From Balamuthia mandrillaris (taxonomy: Eukaryota), in contig JAVKOQ020000100.1 in assembly GCA_031835245.2 (NCBI GenBank), positions 62,001 to 126,000 of the forward strand: 64,000 nucleotides of DNA, written 5' to 3'. Made by a program: the position numbers and the translations under genes. A model generated the notes under the pieces. It did not search any database and was not told where the DNA came from. It saw only the letters and a program-made list of their open reading frames with translations. Shown here in pieces: positions 62,033 through 64,000 of this stretch (its first letter is position 1; every line of letters starts with the position of its first letter).

Positions 62033-62962
62033 ATGGACATAGTGAGGGCGTACGTGGACGATGAAATAGTGGACAAGCACTTGTTGGGAGAGGGAGCCCC
62101 GCCGGAATGGTTCCAGAAGGGCGGCTACCTTCGGGACTTTGTGGTGCTGTTCTGGATCCAGATCGTGGGCGCCTACCTTCTCTACTTCTTCTTCACGACC
62201 ACCAGCTACTACATCTTCTTCGTGTGGTTCAAGGACACGTTCAACCCCACCTATAAATACAACGGCAAGGAGATCCGCAACGAAATCGTTACGTCCTGCA
62301 AGGCCGTGCCTTGGTTGGCCATCATGACCGCCCCTCTCTGGGTACCCATTACTCTTCCTTTTTTAAAAAAAACTCAAGTGCTGAACAACGACTCACTAAA
62401 CAAACGACCGATGAAGATGATAGACGAAAAGCTGACCTACAAGAACGTGGCGGACTATGGGGTGGGATACCTGCTGTTCAGCGTGGTGTGGTTCCTGGTG
62501 TTTACCGACTTTTTGATCTACTGGTTTCATCGGTGGCTGCACTACCCGCCGCTGTACCGGGTGCTTCACGCCACGCACCACAGCTTTGTTTCCATCACCC
62601 CGTTCGCCAGCCACGCCTTCCACCCGGTGGATGGCTACATACAGGCGCTGCCCTACCACCTCTTTGTGCTGTTCTTCCCCATGCACAACATCACGCAGTT
62701 CTGCCTCTTTATCTTTGTCAACTTTTGGACCATCTCCATCCACGACCGAGTGCGCATGGAGCGCGGCGGCGTCATCAACGGAGCTGCTCACCATACCCTC
62801 CACCACCGCTACTTTAAGTGCAACTACGGCCAGTACTTTACCCTTTGGGACAGGGTAGGCAACACCTACCTTGAGCCTGGCGATAAGCCCTCTTGGTCCT
62901 ACAAGACCCTGAAAGAGGAGGCCCATCGCCGCAATGGCTTTGCCCAGGACAAACAAGATTGA
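62033..62962 (+). CDS. ERG3: Sterol C5-desaturase (lathosterol oxidase)
   Basis: His boxes HRWLH, HATHH and HHTLHH, plus TPFASHAFHPVDG, FVNFWTISIHD and NYGQYFTLWDR. Probable in-frame intron at about 62342-62416. Confidence 0.93.
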   Translation: MDIVRAYVDDEIVDKHLLGEGAPPEWFQKGGYLRDFVVLFWIQIVGAYLLYFFFTTTSYYIFFVWFKDTFNPTYKYNGKEIRNEIVTSCKAVPWLAIMTAPLWVPITLPFLKKTQVLNNDSLNKRPMKMIDEKLTYKNVADYGVGYLLFSVVWFLVFTDFLIYWFHRWLHYPPLYRVLHATHHSFVSITPFASHAFHPVDGYIQALPYHLFVLFFPMHNITQFCLFIFVNFWTISIHDRVRMERGGVINGAAHHTLHHRYFKCNYGQYFTLWDRVGNTYLEPGDKPSWSYKTLKEEAHRRNGFAQDKQD

Positions 62963-63170
62963 GGTTGCCCATCGCCGCCCCATTGCTTTGTCCCTCCCCT
63001 TTTCTGTTATACTCCGAGTAACACCACCGAAGAAGACCCTTTTTCGTGAGAACATTTACAGCAGATATGTAATATGCTTGTGCTATTGAAGGGATTGTGG
63101 TTGTGCTTGGTTGGCGTTATTATCATTCGAACTTATCTTGATAAGAGAGAGCGAGAGAGCAAAGAAGAGT

Positions 63171-63641
63171 TTAGACGCTATTGCAAGTCTCAATGACAAG
63201 AGCGGTGGCTCCTCCACCACCGTTGCACACAGCGGCCACACCACGCTGCACCGATGTTGTTGCTTGCTGCCGCCGCTGCAACCCGGAAAGAAGAGTAACA
63301 ACGATGCGTGCTCCGCTGCAGCCGATGGGATGGCCCATGGAAACGGCGCCACCGTTCACGTTTATGCGATCTCTTTCAATGTGAAGAAGCTTCATGTTGG
63401 CAAGAACAACCACGCTGAATGCTTCGTTGATCTCGTAGAGGTCCACTTGGTCCTTGGAGAGGCGGCTGTTGCGTAAAGCCAAAGGAATGGCCAAAGCTGG
63501 TGCTGTTGGAAAATCCAATGGATCCTGCGCTGCATCCGCAAAGCCCTTTATCTTGGCCAGCACTTGGACGCCCAACTCTTTAGCCTTTTCTTCGCTCATT
63601 AGCACCAACGCTGTCGCTCCTATAATTGTGAATGAGTGGAG

Positions 63642-63682
<41 letters not shown>

Positions 63683-64000
63683 ATATCTAAACAAAGAAGC
63701 TTGAAGCTTACCATCGCTGATTGCGGATGAGTTAGCGGCAGTAACGGTGCCGTTGGCCTTGAATGGAGATTTGAGTTGGGGTATTTTATCGAACTTGACC
63801 TAACACATCAAAACATACAGAATTAGAGACCGTTATTCAAATGACATTGTTAAACGTACTTTATCAACCTCTTCGTCTTTCGTTATAACGACACTTTTGC
63901 CGGATTTGCCTTTTACCTGGCAGAACATTAGAAAGCGCGAGAAGAATAACTTATAAGGAAAGAGAACTTACAGTAATGGGCGCTATCTCAGAGTCAAACC
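63171..64000 (-). CDS. Acetyl-CoA acetyltransferase (thiolase), 3' part
   Basis: GTVTAANSSAISDG, EINEAF, NGGAVSMGHPIGCSGARI and CNGGGGA motifs. The gene runs off the window end. Confidence 0.93.

Noticed and set aside
1..64000. rRNA, tRNA or snoRNA genes
   Set aside because: None is recognisable by eye; tRNAscan-SE or Infernal would be needed to exclude small intronic RNAs.

Overview
Gene-dense, intron-rich eukaryotic DNA with short GT-AG introns that often carry (CT)n/(CTT)n microsatellites. The gene content (P2X channel, Frizzled/Smoothened-like GPCRs, hybrid histidine kinase, RGS-RPEL protein) suggests a free-living amoebozoan protist; this is an inference. About 22 host genes are present: a divergent CYRI/FAM49-like gene (partial), a carnitine/acylcarnitine carrier next to a peroxisomal carnitine acyltransferase, a P2X receptor, WDR6/Trm734, an IDH3 regulatory subunit, three tandem Frizzled-like GPCRs (one truncated), an RGS-RPEL protein, a SAM-nitroreductase, an FKBP, an FG-GAP protein, a dual hybrid histidine kinase, a CAP protein, RECQL4, a GlpT/UhpC-type MFS transporter, Snu13, a GRAM protein, a USP, an ependymin-like protein, sterol C5-desaturase and a thiolase (partial). 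A complete 2.64-kb PIF/Harbinger-superfamily DNA transposon (46435-49074; 13-bp TIRs, AAT TSD) carries an intact DDE transposase and a divergent Myb-like ORF that appears to end in an alpha-crystallin/HSP20-like domain. The other most unusual signals are domain fusions: P2X plus a spastizin (ZFYVE26)-like C-terminus; RGS plus RPEL plus a dead NUDT16/TIRR-like Nudix domain; and a myristoylation motif plus SAM plus a SagB-like nitroreductase. All domain calls come from motif recognition by eye, not database searches, and exon boundaries are approximate unless stated.
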